NCBI GenBank assembly: GCA_000165425.1
Contig: CT868385.1
Span: 372,001-436,000 of the forward strand
Origin: Paramecium tetraurelia
Lineage: Eukaryota
DNA: 64,000 nt
Reading direction: 5' to 3'
The stretch's first letter is position 1. Each line of letters begins with the position of its first letter. This document shows positions 62,729 through 64,000 of this stretch, piece by piece. A program made the translations under genes and the position numbers. The notes beneath the pieces were generated by a model. The model saw only the letters and a program-made list of their open reading frames with translations, ran no database searches and had not been told where the DNA came from.

Positions 62729-64000
62729 TCAAAAATTGGATACTAGTGAATTATCTGTTACCAGTTAATCCTTGTTTTTCGAAGTTTAATCATCTATCTG
62801 CATTTGGACACTTCTTAGGTTGGAAAATATCTTAGAGGAAATTAATAATAATCAATTATAGACAACATCAATTTAAATAATAATATATATTAATTCATCT
62901 GTGAGTACAAATTTTAGACTAAGCAAACGATTCATCATTTTTTGTAAGTAGTCTCTGACTCTCCTCAAACATTAATTGACTCTCAGTTTAAGTTAGAAGT
63001 CCTTTTAAACTAAAGTTTTCATCCTCCAACCTCTATTTCTCTCTGAAGATTTATAATATTTCCTCAACCGTCTAATTTATTTATTTCTCCAAAATAGCAG
63101 TTTGGCCTTCCTAACATAACTCCTTTATTCTGTCCTTGAAATGAACTTCAAGAGATTGGATCTAATTGAATTCAATCTCTTTGCACTCACCAAAAGAAAC
63201 CTTCTATTAGAACTATTTTATTTTGTTCAACCTTCTGATATACTTATGTTTTAACTATCTTAGATCCGATTATTGTTGGATGATATTGTAGGTCAATTGT
63301 TACTTATCAAAGTTGAGTGACATCAATAGGTTAGCGAATTGATTCACTGAATTGGATAAGAATTACTACTCCTTGTCGTTTAGTGAATCTTTCAAGGCCT
63401 CGCTTTCCTTTAACAACAGAGAGATGGTTTCATTCAGATTGCATTCTTCATTGTTTAACCACTCAATGATCTTGGATTAGGAAGTTCTTAGTGAGTCGAG
63501 AAGATTTAGGCTATTTTAATTAAATTAATTCTTGTCCTTGAAAGTTATAGAGGATAACTGGGAACTCAGATAACACTCGTCCTCTAATTTTTTGCCATAG
63601 GAATTCAATCTACTTACCAAAATTTGAAAATTATTCTTTAATCGTTAATTGACTATTTGATATCGAATAAATTATTCTTTATATATGGATTGCAATTGGA
63701 GGATGTACTTATTGAATTTATTTTTCCACATTTCTGAATTAATGCTATATGTTAATATTTTTTCTATCTGAAATTATTCCTTGATAGTTAATTATTTTGT
63801 TGTTTGGATTCCCTGAATAAATTGCAATCTGATTCTCATCTATTTGGACCATTTGTTCTGGGAATCCAAGAACTATTAGATGATATTATTGACCTGACTG
63901 TAGGTGTGTTGAATTTCGTTGGTCTCTTGATGACTCGAAAATTAGTTGAGATACACAAACTAGGATAGAATGCAACCGAAGAAGAGGATTATCTGATGAG
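62729..64000 (-). CDS. 3' part of a hypothetical coiled-coil protein (5' end beyond the window)
   Basis: Ciliate-code open frame (..FREKQRLEDENFSLKGLLTQLRVNQ..) ending NSLVSNF-TGA at 62731-62729 after an inferred final intron. Confidence 0.6.

Noticed and set aside
1..64000. Telomeric repeats, IESs, tRNA/rRNA genes, transposases
   Set aside because: None recognised by eye and genes appear uninterrupted, consistent with macronuclear sequence. tRNAscan-SE/Infernal would be needed to exclude small RNAs.

Overview
AT-rich, gene-dense eukaryotic DNA from a ciliate macronuclear chromosome, almost certainly Paramecium. Long genes read open only with TAA/TAG = Gln and TGA = stop, and they are interrupted by tiny 20-33 nt GT..AG introns. 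The supplied standard-code ORF track is therefore fragmentary and partly antisense artefact. Manual translation supports about 28 protein-coding genes. These include two P2C (Na/K-type) ATPase paralogs, ribosomal protein P0, a MORN/IQ protein, two tandem HSF-domain factors, a GTPBP2-like protein, a PUF protein, a tesmin/LIN54 CXC protein, meckelin, a dCache membrane sensor, a ~2,490-aa Cys-rich GPI surface protein, a class-3 lipase, an AGC kinase, a copine and an intronless DAP decarboxylase. The most unusual observations: (1) an F-box fused to cullin N-terminal repeats with no cullin C-terminal domain; (2) a myristoylated copine extended by UBA-like and RING domains; (3) a GPI-type protein with eight casein-like QSSSEE clusters and an abnormally long 95-nt intron; (4) P2C pumps with rewired ion-binding sites and an enlarged Cys-containing M7-M8 loop; (5) a GTPBP2-like protein lacking the catalytic His; (6) a probable bacterial-origin lysA. 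No tRNA, rRNA, transposon, telomere or CRISPR was recognised. Coordinates come from manual reading and exon boundaries are inferred.
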